Virus record (IMG/VR): IMGVR_UViG_3300036884_000495
Location: 1-64,000 of that record
Source of the DNA: a virus
Strand: one strand, 5' to 3'
DNA length: 64,000 nucleotides
Below are positions 46,654 through 55,548 of the stretch, one piece after another. Position 1 is the first letter of the stretch, and every line of letters starts with the position of its first letter. The position numbers and the translations under genes were made by a program. The notes beneath the pieces were generated by a model. That model had not been told where the DNA came from. It ran no database searches and saw only the letters and a program-made list of their open reading frames with translations.

Positions 46654-46969
46654 GTTCGTTCTCCTTCAGTGCGACCCGTAATTGAGGCGCTTTTGAAAAG
46701 TATATGCGTACCTGGGTCTGGACGTGGAAGCTAGCTGTTGTGCGCTTTCCTGCGAAGTGACCTTGTACGAGGGCCACTTCGTGGTTGAAGCGCGAGACAC
46801 AGCGCCGGAGAGTTCCGACGCCTGGGATGGTGACTACACCGGCCTCCACGAGTTCTTCACGAAGTAGCTCGTAGAAGGCGTTGAGTGCTGTAGCGACCTT
46901 GCGCGGATGAACGCCCGAACGCCGGGCGACTTCACTATGTAGGGCGGCTCTGTTGTTAGTTCTTGGCAT
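46622..46969 (-). CDS. HU/IHF-like DNA-binding protein
   Basis: LHSEVARRSG...VTIPGVGTL...IYFSKAPQLR HU fold pattern. Confidence 0.7.
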   Translation of the reverse strand: MPRTNNRAALHSEVARRSGVHPRKVATALNAFYELLREELVEAGVVTIPGVGTLRRCVSRFNHEVALVQGHFAGKRTTASFHVQTQVRIYFSKAPQLRVALKENEHGKARRSRDR

Positions 46970-46975
46970 GTTGTT

Positions 46976-48985
46976 TTACTTCGCTTCGGCCCAGCTCTTA
47001 CCGCGCCCGCCATCGGCAGGAAGCGGGCAAAGCAGGTCGATACTGAATGGGTGCGCCATCGCGTCTTCAATCTCCCGCAGGCATTCGTCCGCGTGTTCAT
47101 CCGGCACCTCGTACACCAATTCGTCGTGGACTTGGAGCACGCAGTGACAGTCGAAGAAACGATCTAGGCCGATGCAGTCGATGTTGGTCTGCGCTGCGCG
47201 CGTGACGTCTGCCGCACTTCCTTGGATCTGTGTATTTACCGCGAGACGTTCTCCGAGAGCTTGTTCCGCCTTACTCGATGAACCGATCATCGGGATGTTG
47301 CGGCGACGGCCCATCACGGTGAACGCGAACCCGTACTTCTTGCCCTCCTCGATAGCTTCTTTCATGAAGTGCTCGACGGCTGGATATGTGCCCTTGTACT
47401 GTGCGATCTTGTCCTTGGCTTCGCTGACGGTGCAGCCGATGTCCCCCGCGAGCTTGTTTGGACCCATTCCGTAATTTAAGCCGAAGCCGACCGCCTTCGC
47501 GGCAGTTCGCCAGAAGGCGCACTGACGAAGGTAGCCATCGAGGGTCATCTGCCTGTCGGAGGCGCGGGCAAGAACACCAGGGAGTTTGGACTCCGCAGCG
47601 TCGATGGTCTCCCCCGGCGTGCTGCACTTCTTCAACTTCTTGAGGAGATCTTTCGCCTCGTTGATGTCCTCGTAGTCCTTGCTGTTATTGAACATCAGAG
47701 CGGCGTTGCCCGCGTGGATGTCCCACCCCCGCAAGAAGACATCGACCATCGACTGCTCTTGTGCGGCACATGCTAGAAGACGCATTTCCAGCTGTTGATA
47801 ATCGGCGCAAAGTAGGGACCAACCGGGCTCCGTGATGAAGGCGCCGCGAAGGTTCCACTCGTCGTTCTCCGCACGAGGTAAATTTTGCAAGTTCGGATCA
47901 CTGCAGCTAAGACGACCAGTCCTGGCTCCCGCCTGGTTATAGTTCGCGTGGATACGGTCGTTCGGGTCCACAATCTCATTGAGGCCGATGATGTACGTAC
48001 CCAGCAACTTCGAGTACTCGCGTTCTTCGAGCATTAGTTTGAAGAGCGGCACTTCGTGCTCGTAGTGCTCTAGGACCGTGGAGTCCCATGAGGGTTTTCG
48101 CTCGCCTGTCTTGCCGCCTTTGGTCCACTTGATGGGCGGTATCTTTTGCTTCTCGGCGTAGGCAGCGAGTTGCTTCGTAGAGTTCGGGTTGATTGGCTCC
48201 CCTGCGAGGTGCACAATCTCTCGACGTATCTCTTTGATCTTCTCTTCCGCCTCGGGGCGCGCGGCGAGAAAGCGTTGCCGGTCGATCTTCACACCCCGGC
48301 GCTCCATCTTCCACAGCGCCTTCGTGTAGGGGCTCTCTATCTTGGAGAAGAAGTCCCAGAGCGCCTCGATGTACGGGGGATGACGTTGGAAGAGGGAATA
48401 GGTCTTCTCTCGCTCCAACATCTCTTTGAGGGCGAAGTAGCTGCGTAGCGTGCCCCACGCATCATTCGCGGCATACTCAATGAGCAACGCCATGTTCTCG
48501 CGTTCTGCCTTCTCAATGAGTTGCTTGGGGGATTGTGCGGCGCAGATCTTTCCAAACTGGTCCTGGAAGTCGGCCCACGTCCACCCGAGAATGTGCTGCG
48601 CGATGTACTTTAGCTTGTGCGGTTTGTCGTCGAACATGAGGGCGTGCATGACCTGCACGTCGTGCCACTTGCCGAGAATCGAGTAGCCGTAGTTCGCGAG
48701 GATGTGCATGTCATACTTCGCGTTGGCGAGCGGCCACGTGATGTCCGGGTTACCGAAGCACGGTATGAAGTGTGGCAGCATGTCTGCGTGTAGCGTGGCG
48801 CGCTGATTACCCCAGGCCAGAGAGAAGTAGAGGGGGACATCCCGCCACTTCACAAGCCCGGTGGTCTCAGTATCGATAGCGACGACAGGCGAGTGGTACA
48901 CCTCGGTGACAATGCGTTGTATTTCATGTGCGGGCGTTTGGTGTCCGACGTATTGGGCGGTTGGTGCGTCTATATTCCAGGCCAT
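46976..48985 (-). CDS. polA: Family A DNA polymerase (3'-5' exonuclease plus polymerase; no 5' nuclease)
   Basis: AIDTETTG, NAKYD, TGRLSCSDPNLQN, ADYQQLEMR, KAVGFGLNYG, QVHDELV. Confidence 0.95.
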   Translation of the reverse strand: MAWNIDAPTAQYVGHQTPAHEIQRIVTEVYHSPVVAIDTETTGLVKWRDVPLYFSLAWGNQRATLHADMLPHFIPCFGNPDITWPLANAKYDMHILANYGYSILGKWHDVQVMHALMFDDKPHKLKYIAQHILGWTWADFQDQFGKICAAQSPKQLIEKAERENMALLIEYAANDAWGTLRSYFALKEMLEREKTYSLFQRHPPYIEALWDFFSKIESPYTKALWKMERRGVKIDRQRFLAARPEAEEKIKEIRREIVHLAGEPINPNSTKQLAAYAEKQKIPPIKWTKGGKTGERKPSWDSTVLEHYEHEVPLFKLMLEEREYSKLLGTYIIGLNEIVDPNDRIHANYNQAGARTGRLSCSDPNLQNLPRAENDEWNLRGAFITEPGWSLLCADYQQLEMRLLACAAQEQSMVDVFLRGWDIHAGNAALMFNNSKDYEDINEAKDLLKKLKKCSTPGETIDAAESKLPGVLARASDRQMTLDGYLRQCAFWRTAAKAVGFGLNYGMGPNKLAGDIGCTVSEAKDKIAQYKGTYPAVEHFMKEAIEEGKKYGFAFTVMGRRRNIPMIGSSSKAEQALGERLAVNTQIQGSAADVTRAAQTNIDCIGLDRFFDCHCVLQVHDELVYEVPDEHADECLREIEDAMAHPFSIDLLCPLPADGGRGKSWAEAK

Positions 48986-48996
48986 AAAACTCCATA

Positions 48997-49037
48997 GGCA
49001 AAGAAAACCCCCGCACCGGAAAACCGGCACGGGGGTT
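48997..49037 (-). terminator. Intrinsic terminator after the SSB-like gene
   Basis: AACCCCCGTGCCGG-TTTT-CCGGTGCGGGGGTT followed by TTCTTT. Confidence 0.7.
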
Positions 49038-49051
49038 GTTTCAGGTTTCTA

Positions 49052-50500
49052 TCAGCGCTGTCCTGGATACGGCATGCCCGGCGCCGGATACCCCTGTGGC
49101 GGGTAGTAGGGTGCGGGTTGCTGCGCCGGGGGCTGCTGCACCTGTGAGTAGCCGGGGGGCTGCATGTATGCCGGCGGGGGCATGTAGCCGTTCGGAACCA
49201 TCTGTGTCTGGGGCGCTTGCATGTAGCCGCCCGCGGGTTGCTGCACCTGGGGTGCGTAAGCCTGCGGATGGTTCTGTTGCTGCCAGTGCGGCGCCGGAGC
49301 TTGTTGCACGGGGGCAGCAAGAGGAGGTATCGCCGACTGGTCCCCTGTAATCAGCGGGATCCCCCACAATTCCGCCTGCTTCTCGAGCGACGTAGGTGTG
49401 TACTTTGCGAGCAGATCCAAGGGCGCGGGCATCGGTCCCGGGCCTTGGAAGGGGCACGGATTGGAGCGATCGAGGATCTGCAGATTGGTCTGTTGCCCGT
49501 CGCCGCTCTTCACAGCCCACAGCTGGAAGTAGACGTCGAACAGAGTCGCGCGCCGTGGTTGCAAGACCTTGTCCGGGGTGCTGTATTGCGCGCACACCGG
49601 GCAAGCCACGAGCTCTTGAATGAGACCCTTGTGTGCACAGACAGGGCACGTGTACGGCTTCGATTCCAGCTCCTCACGCTGTTGCGGGGTGAGCGTGGAG
49701 TTCTGTGGGTCGTACACTTGGTGCTGGCACTGCGGGTTGCTACACACCTTGCTCACGCAACGGATGGACCCTTTCGTTCCACACGTTGCACAGTCGTGCA
49801 TGATGGTCTGGTCCATGTACTGGACCAGGGTGTCCTTGTGAGTGACGCTCATCGGCCACGCAACGAGACGACCCACACTGCTTTCGTACTGGTTGCGACG
49901 TGGGTCGTTGGCCGCGTCGAAGCTCTGTACGGGCTCCCAATCCAAGAATGGATCCTGCGTACCCTGCTTTAGCACTGGAGCGCCGTTGGCCCCGATGCGC
50001 GGAAGTTTGAGCCACAGTCCCGTGTCGTACCAGTTGAATGCGTACATGGGTCTGCTGGACATGCGATTCGGCCCGCGGCTTTGGTCGCCCCGGTTCTTTT
50101 TCTCACGACGTGCGCGCACGTCTTCCCAGAACACCTGGCATCCGATACAGGGTTCTGCTTTGTTCTTTGCGTCGTAGTACGGGCCCGCGCTGCAGATGGC
50201 GCCGCGCTTGTTAGCGGCGTAGTAGTGCTCGCGGAACATGACGTACTCGAGGGTGACCATCTGCACGCTGTCATCGTCACAGATGTCAGGCTGCGTGTAC
50301 TCGCCGGGGATGAAGCGCCCTGTGCGGTGATGGTCCGTGGGTACCTTGAATTGATCTTGCCAGTAGGCGCTGTTCCCTGTGGAACGGCTTGCGCGGTTTT
50401 GCGCCACTTGATTCTTGCGCACCTTGTCTCGTTGAGACATCGTGCCGGATCCGAATGGGGCGATGCCCGCTGCGTCTCGTGGGTCTTTTCCAAAGCTCAT
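49052..50500 (-). CDS. Putative gp32-like ssDNA-binding protein with Zn ribbons and a Q/P/Y-rich tail
   Basis: AGGAGG RBS; located between primase and polymerase; RFIPG...EHY...C...CIGC...YAFN pattern; four further CxxC-type motifs. Confidence 0.5.
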   Translation of the reverse strand: MSFGKDPRDAAGIAPFGSGTMSQRDKVRKNQVAQNRASRSTGNSAYWQDQFKVPTDHHRTGRFIPGEYTQPDICDDDSVQMVTLEYVMFREHYYAANKRGAICSAGPYYDAKNKAEPCIGCQVFWEDVRARREKKNRGDQSRGPNRMSSRPMYAFNWYDTGLWLKLPRIGANGAPVLKQGTQDPFLDWEPVQSFDAANDPRRNQYESSVGRLVAWPMSVTHKDTLVQYMDQTIMHDCATCGTKGSIRCVSKVCSNPQCQHQVYDPQNSTLTPQQREELESKPYTCPVCAHKGLIQELVACPVCAQYSTPDKVLQPRRATLFDVYFQLWAVKSGDGQQTNLQILDRSNPCPFQGPGPMPAPLDLLAKYTPTSLEKQAELWGIPLITGDQSAIPPLAAPVQQAPAPHWQQQNHPQAYAPQVQQPAGGYMQAPQTQMVPNGYMPPPAYMQPPGYSQVQQPPAQQPAPYYPPQGYPAPGMPYPGQR

Positions 50501-50545
50501 TGTGAGCCTCCTGTAATTGACATTGTGTCGTCCATTTATATGCCG

Positions 50546-51577
50546 TTACGGCGTTGTGATCGGGGCGGTGCCCGTACGTTTCATAAGCCAAGCTTCTGCA
50601 TCGACTGCATCGAAGAACTGTTCCCAGATCTCCTCCGCAGTTAAGTTGTCTGGCTGCGCGTGATCGTCATCCGCGAGCCTGTAAGGATATTCGATGACAT
50701 GCGCATCGATAGTAGAACCGTGGTCACGCATGGTCTTGCAAGCGTCGTAAGTGCCTGTGATGCCGGCATCATTGTTGTCCAAGAAGAAGTACACCCGGCC
50801 GTCGAACTTCTCAATAAGCCAGCGTTGTTCCCACGAAAGATAAGAGCCCATAAGGGCGACCACGTTGCGTATTCCCGCTTGCCACACCCACATGCACGCC
50901 TTGTAGCCTTCTACAACTACTAGGTGCTTCTGTGACGGCGTGTTGTGCGCCTGCTGCGCGGAGTAGATCGTGTGCAGGTTGTACAAGACCTTTCGCTTAT
51001 CCCAAGAGATGCGTGCAGGCAAGCCCCACTTCGTGTACTCGCGATCGTAGATCTTGTAGCGAGGGCGTGTGCCCTCGTAGATTGTGCGCCCGTTGATGGC
51101 TACAAGGCGCCCTTCAACATCGTATATGGGGTAGGTAATGCGCCCATGCCACCTGTCGTAGCCCACATCAAAGTGCCGGATGGTTTGCTCTTCAAAACCG
51201 TTGGCTAACAATGACGTGAGCGTGTACCCGTCGAAGTGCCCAAGTACGCTCTCGTCTAACGGAGAGAGGGAGAAGACTCCAGGGTCCGACGTACTGGGCG
51301 CCGCGGGTGCTGCCCTTCTCGCCTCCGTAAGGAGCTCCTTGTACTGGAGGTCCATCATGGCGCGAGATACGCCCACACCCCGAAGGAATGTGTACAGGTT
51401 TCCCTTCGCGTGGCAGGAGTGACAGAAGTACACCCCGTTCAAGACGTTCATCGCGAACGATGGCGTGTTGTCCTCATGAAAAGGACACAACGACATGATG
51501 TTCTCAGCACCCGAGGGCCGCACATTCTGCAGGTACTTCTGCGCGATGTCTAGGATCTCGGTGCGCGTATCAAGCAT
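50546..51577 (-). CDS. dnaG: DNA primase (CHC2 zinc finger plus Toprim)
   Basis: CPFHEDNTPSF, CHSC, RITYPI, VVVEG, FLDNNDAG. Confidence 0.92.
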   Translation of the reverse strand: MLDTRTEILDIAQKYLQNVRPSGAENIMSLCPFHEDNTPSFAMNVLNGVYFCHSCHAKGNLYTFLRGVGVSRAMMDLQYKELLTEARRAAPAAPSTSDPGVFSLSPLDESVLGHFDGYTLTSLLANGFEEQTIRHFDVGYDRWHGRITYPIYDVEGRLVAINGRTIYEGTRPRYKIYDREYTKWGLPARISWDKRKVLYNLHTIYSAQQAHNTPSQKHLVVVEGYKACMWVWQAGIRNVVALMGSYLSWEQRWLIEKFDGRVYFFLDNNDAGITGTYDACKTMRDHGSTIDAHVIEYPYRLADDDHAQPDNLTAEEIWEQFFDAVDAEAWLMKRTGTAPITTP

Positions 51578-52979
51578 GGGAGATGAGCCCGGCGACGTCT
51601 GCCGCCGCCTTATTCACTTCCGCAGCATCCTTCTTCTTGGTAAGCGCTCGCGCAGGTTTGGCGCCTTTCGCTTCCGAGCTCGCTGCATCTACTTTCAGCG
51701 CGGCCTCCGCTTCCTTCTCGGAGAGCTCGCCGTAGTAGCCAAAGTTGACTGCAGGCATCCCATAGATGCGCAGCCCTCGCAGCTTGTATCGGCGGCTGGC
51801 GCCACCCATAACAAGTGCGAGCGTATTCGCGCCCTTTTTCCACTCGTTGACGATACGAATCAACATCGTGGCGTCTTGGGCAAGAGAGTCAGAGAACGCC
51901 ACTTCCTCGGTGTTCGCCTCCTCGTTCTTTGCGGCTTCACGGTTCGCTTGTACGGTGGCGATGACGGGGATCTTCTTGCGCAGAACCAGTTGGCGCATGG
52001 CGCGACTGACACTGGCGACGCGCTCGTTGTTCTTCTTGGAGCCACTCGCGTCGCTCATAAGGTACATGCCATCCACGAAGATGGCGTGCGGTTGGTACTT
52101 CTCGACTTTCGATTCGAGCCAGGCGACCGTGTCCTGCCCTTGCTTGACGTCCTGCGCGGACAGGCACACGACTACCTGCTGCAGTCGCATGCAGTCCAAG
52201 AAAGACAGCACGATAGCGAAGTTGGCGCGCTCTTCGGGGGTCAGGCGGGCGCCTACGAAGTTCTCGTAGGACACCCCCGCAAGTAAGCAACCAATGCGTT
52301 CGAAGATCTCGTCGGCATCCATCTCCTTGGAGTAGATCAACAGACGGTAATCGGCGCTGGCGTTGATGATCGTGGCCGCCACATAGCAAAGTATCCACGA
52401 CTTCATACTTTTCGGCCTTCCATAAAATATGATATAGTCTGTACTCCGTACGCCGAGCGTGGCCTCTTGTAGGGGCGGCCATGGCCATGGGAAGACGGAG
52501 ACGCGCTCCCCCTTCTCTGCACCGCAGTAGTCGCCCCATACGCGCTCCATCGCGTCGGCGATATGCACGTCCACCTTCTTTGGTGTGCACTCGTTGCGAA
52601 GTCGTGCGGCAGTCTCCTGCAGCATGCTCACAGCATCTACGGGCGCGGAATCTATCAGCTCGTTTGCAGCAACTATGAGGCGCTTGCTCTCGACTCTGAT
52701 CCTATCTAGGCGCACCTCGTGGCATAGGGCCTCGGTGGTCATCGTAGGGTCGTCGCAGAGATGAAAGTGGGGGAATATCTGCTGTAGCGCGTTTGGTCCC
52801 CACACGCTGCCGGCAGTCTCTGGCGCCGAGTGGTACGCGATGATTTGTGTGTAGTAGCCCTTTGGCTCCCCCATCGTGAAGTCATCGGGCGTGATGCCCC
52901 ACTGGATGACGCGGTTTAGGTCACCGCTACGAACGATCCGCGCGACCAGCTGATGCTGAAATGAGTAGGACATCGTCAA
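51570..52979 (-). CDS. dnaB: DnaB-like replicative helicase
   Basis: GRPKSMKS P-loop, YSKEM, IFVDGMYLM, QANR, SDSLAQDA. Confidence 0.85.
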   Translation of the reverse strand: MTMSYSFQHQLVARIVRSGDLNRVIQWGITPDDFTMGEPKGYYTQIIAYHSAPETAGSVWGPNALQQIFPHFHLCDDPTMTTEALCHEVRLDRIRVESKRLIVAANELIDSAPVDAVSMLQETAARLRNECTPKKVDVHIADAMERVWGDYCGAEKGERVSVFPWPWPPLQEATLGVRSTDYIIFYGRPKSMKSWILCYVAATIINASADYRLLIYSKEMDADEIFERIGCLLAGVSYENFVGARLTPEERANFAIVLSFLDCMRLQQVVVCLSAQDVKQGQDTVAWLESKVEKYQPHAIFVDGMYLMSDASGSKKNNERVASVSRAMRQLVLRKKIPVIATVQANREAAKNEEANTEEVAFSDSLAQDATMLIRIVNEWKKGANTLALVMGGASRRYKLRGLRIYGMPAVNFGYYGELSEKEAEAALKVDAASSEAKGAKPARALTKKKDAAEVNKAAADVAGLISHA

Positions 52980-53086
52980 TCACTCTTTCACTAGTAGGCA
53001 CTTCCAGCGCCTGCCGTGTTTTATGTTGTTGATCACGGCGCAAGTTGTAAGGAATATGACATCTACTAACTTCTCCAAGATGGTTA

Positions 53087-53133
53087 TGCCCCACTCACCC
53101 CGGACCTTTTTGCGATCCGAGGTGAGTGGGGCA
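53087..53133. repeat. Long inverted repeat/hairpin upstream of the helicase gene
   Basis: 13-bp perfect stem TGCCCCACTCACC/GGTGAGTGGGGCA plus an inner CGGA/TCCG. Confidence 0.75.
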
Positions 53134-53144
53134 ACGTCGTGTTG

Positions 53145-53483
53145 CTAGAAGCTGGCGACGCCGTCGTCGGAGAGGAACTCCCCTAGACCTGCGGGTGCCT
53201 CTCTTCTCTTTGCCGTCGGTTTGCCAGGGGCGTCAGGGACGTCAGTACCGCCCTCGAATACAACCCGCGCGACATCCTGCTCGAGGCTTTGAATCACCTG
53301 ACGTATGAGCGCCGTGGTTTCCTCGCTCCAGACGTTGCCCCCGAAGGTCAGGCGGGACTTCGTACCCAGTACGGGGTCTGTGAGCGCGATTACAACGTGC
53401 GTCTCCGTCGGGTCCTTTATGAAGTCGAGTTCCAGCTTCACAAGGGATAGGCGCGTGAGCTTGCTGATTCCGTCGATGGACAT
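53145..53483 (-). CDS. Hypothetical protein, 112 aa
   Basis: ORF in the operon. Confidence 0.65.
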   Translation of the reverse strand: MSIDGISKLTRLSLVKLELDFIKDPTETHVVIALTDPVLGTKSRLTFGGNVWSEETTALIRQVIQSLEQDVARVVFEGGTDVPDAPGKPTAKRREAPAGLGEFLSDDGVASF

Positions 53484-53487
53484 TCGC

Positions 53488-53808
53488 CTATCCTACCGGT
53501 GGGAGTTCGAGGGCGTCCGCGGCTTGGTTCACCAGGCGCTTTGCGATGATGAAGGCGGCCTCGGAAGTGAACGAGATACAGGCCTCCGTGCTCGGACAGG
53601 GGCACGTAATTGTAACGGTTACGCGTGCCCGTGAATAGTCCGCAGAAGCAGTAGAGAGTGAGAACGACACGGAGGCCGGGGCGGCCTCCTGTTGTATGTG
53701 CGCAAGTTTCGCCATCTGCGCGAAGGGGTCGAAAGCTAACGGCCCGCCCTGTACTTCAGGAGCCATGCCGTATCTCTCGAACATGGCACGCCAGGTAGGC
53801 TCCGTCAT
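53488..53808 (-). CDS. Hypothetical protein, 106 aa
   Basis: ATGA-coupled. Confidence 0.6.
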   Translation of the reverse strand: MTEPTWRAMFERYGMAPEVQGGPLAFDPFAQMAKLAHIQQEAAPASVSFSLSTASADYSRARVTVTITCPCPSTEACISFTSEAAFIIAKRLVNQAADALELPPVG

Positions 53809-54233
53809 GGCAGGCCCACCGACTTCGGCGTGTGGTACATCTGCGTTTCTGAGACGGTCTCGTCCATAATGTTCTGGGGTACGAGACCTTGCGCGGCCGC
53901 GAGTTGCAGCTTCTTCGCGTCGACTTTGTACGCCACTGCGAAGGCAACGGAGCCGCCTACGGTGATGTACAGGGGGCGCCCCAGCGCATCGTGTAGTGCC
54001 TTGCCATCTACGGCAGGTCTCTTCGAATAAAGATCAAAGTCGCCGCAGGAGACCTGCTGCGCGCGTACTACCTTGTCCGCGGCTTCGAGCTTCTGGTTGT
54101 AGTCCTCAACGAGCTGCATGAGCATGTCGTAGTAGGCGCTGTTGGCTGCTTTGAACTGCATCAGGCGCTGCTTTGCCTGATCAAAGGCAACTACTTCTGG
54201 GATGGCGGATGTGGGAACAACGTTGTGGCTCAT
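53805..54233 (-). CDS. Hypothetical protein, 142 aa
   Basis: GAGGAG RBS. Confidence 0.65.
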   Translation of the reverse strand: MSHNVVPTSAIPEVVAFDQAKQRLMQFKAANSAYYDMLMQLVEDYNQKLEAADKVVRAQQVSCGDFDLYSKRPAVDGKALHDALGRPLYITVGGSVAFAVAYKVDAKKLQLAAAQGLVPQNIMDETVSETQMYHTPKSVGLP

Positions 54234-55103
54234 TCAATACTCCTCGTCGCTGGAGGCAGCGGCGTCGATTTGTTCCATGCTTACGGCTTCACCGGGTAGC
54301 GTCTCGCCGAAGACGACGCGTACATATTCGTTGTAGACCTTGCGTACGTTAGTCATCCCCCTCGCGAATCGATCCTTGGGGCTACCGAGTGCGTTGTCTG
54401 CGGCGCTGCGCAGAACGAAGGAGGGGTGAAGTAACGGGATGACTGGGTACTCCACGACGTCTTGTTCGGTGTTCGCGACCCACTCTTTGCGCACCCGGTG
54501 GTGCCAAACACCTTTCGGAGTAAGAACGGCTTTGAATCCCGCGCCGGGTAAGCGCAGGACAGTACCGGGTTCTCCAGAGGCGTCTGCGCGTAGGTCCCCA
54601 GATTCCATGAGGATCTTCACAGGCCGGCCCAGGATTGTCTCCGCGGCGGCGCCCCCAAGGGTCACGATGAGGATTGGGTCGACTGTGTAGATCTCTTGAT
54701 GTAGTCGGTCGAAGCAGGCCGCCCGCTGCTTGGGGGTGGGTGCTTCGTCTTGATCTACGGGCGTTGACTTGCCGTTGCGCGTGCTAAAGCGCTGATGGCC
54801 CTCGTTATCGTATTGGTAGGCGAAGCTACGGCAGCTCACGGTATTCGTGATGTAAAAGTGGTGCAGTTCGATCTGCTTGAGGATGGTGCGTAGAAACACC
54901 CCACTCTTTCCAACAAAGGGGCGCCCCTCGGCGTCCTCTTCGCGGCCAGGGCCTTCGCCAATAAACATAACCCCACCGGGGGTGCCCTCGCCAAAGACGA
55001 AGGCGCCGCCAGTTGATTGTCGTACTTCACCGAGATTGCAGGCAGTGCATGCCTCCCACTCCTGGCGAAGTACAGTCAGATTCTTTCGTGCATCAGGTAA
55101 CAA
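54234..55103 (-). CDS. udg: Uracil-DNA glycosylase, family 4 (Fe-S)
   Basis: CTACNL, FIGEGPGREED, PFVGKSG, YITNTVSCR, LHPS; AAGGAGG RBS before TTG 55103. Confidence 0.9.
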   Translation of the reverse strand: MLPDARKNLTVLRQEWEACTACNLGEVRQSTGGAFVFGEGTPGGVMFIGEGPGREEDAEGRPFVGKSGVFLRTILKQIELHHFYITNTVSCRSFAYQYDNEGHQRFSTRNGKSTPVDQDEAPTPKQRAACFDRLHQEIYTVDPILIVTLGGAAAETILGRPVKILMESGDLRADASGEPGTVLRLPGAGFKAVLTPKGVWHHRVRKEWVANTEQDVVEYPVIPLLHPSFVLRSAADNALGSPKDRFARGMTNVRKVYNEYVRVVFGETLPGEAVSMEQIDAAASSDEEY

Positions 55104-55548
55104 GTTTCGGTCCTCCTTGCGGGATCGTTTGTGCCACCTGGATGCCTGCCTTTTTCGCACGCGCATGCAGCATGGCCGCGAGGACGCGATCGTATAGCTC
55201 CTTGTAGCGCGCGCCCTTGTCTTCCATGTCCGCGAACAGCCGCAAGTTCGCAATCTGGTACACGTTGATGTCGACCGTGCTGTCTTCCTGGTCTACGGGC
55301 GTGCACGTGGCTTGGTAGCCTTCCTGCAGTCCGGGGCCTTGGGGTGTCATCGCGGGGATAAGGACTGCGTTGCAGTGCAGTTCGATGGCGTCGTACACGA
55401 CGCACGGAACAACGTCGCGTGTGAGCGCGATGCCATCCTCTTCGTAGATCCGCATGGGAGCAATACGACCGACAAGGCGGCGAGTGCCGCTGTCGACTAT
55501 TGCCCAAACAAGTTTGTCGTCGCCTGCATTTTGTTCTTTGATCGCCAT
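55093..55548 (-). CDS. Hypothetical protein, 151 aa
   Basis: ORF in the operon. Confidence 0.6.
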   Translation of the reverse strand: MAIKEQNAGDDKLVWAIVDSGTRRLVGRIAPMRIYEEDGIALTRDVVPCVVYDAIELHCNAVLIPAMTPQGPGLQEGYQATCTPVDQEDSTVDINVYQIANLRLFADMEDKGARYKELYDRVLAAMLHARAKKAGIQVAQTIPQGGPKLVT

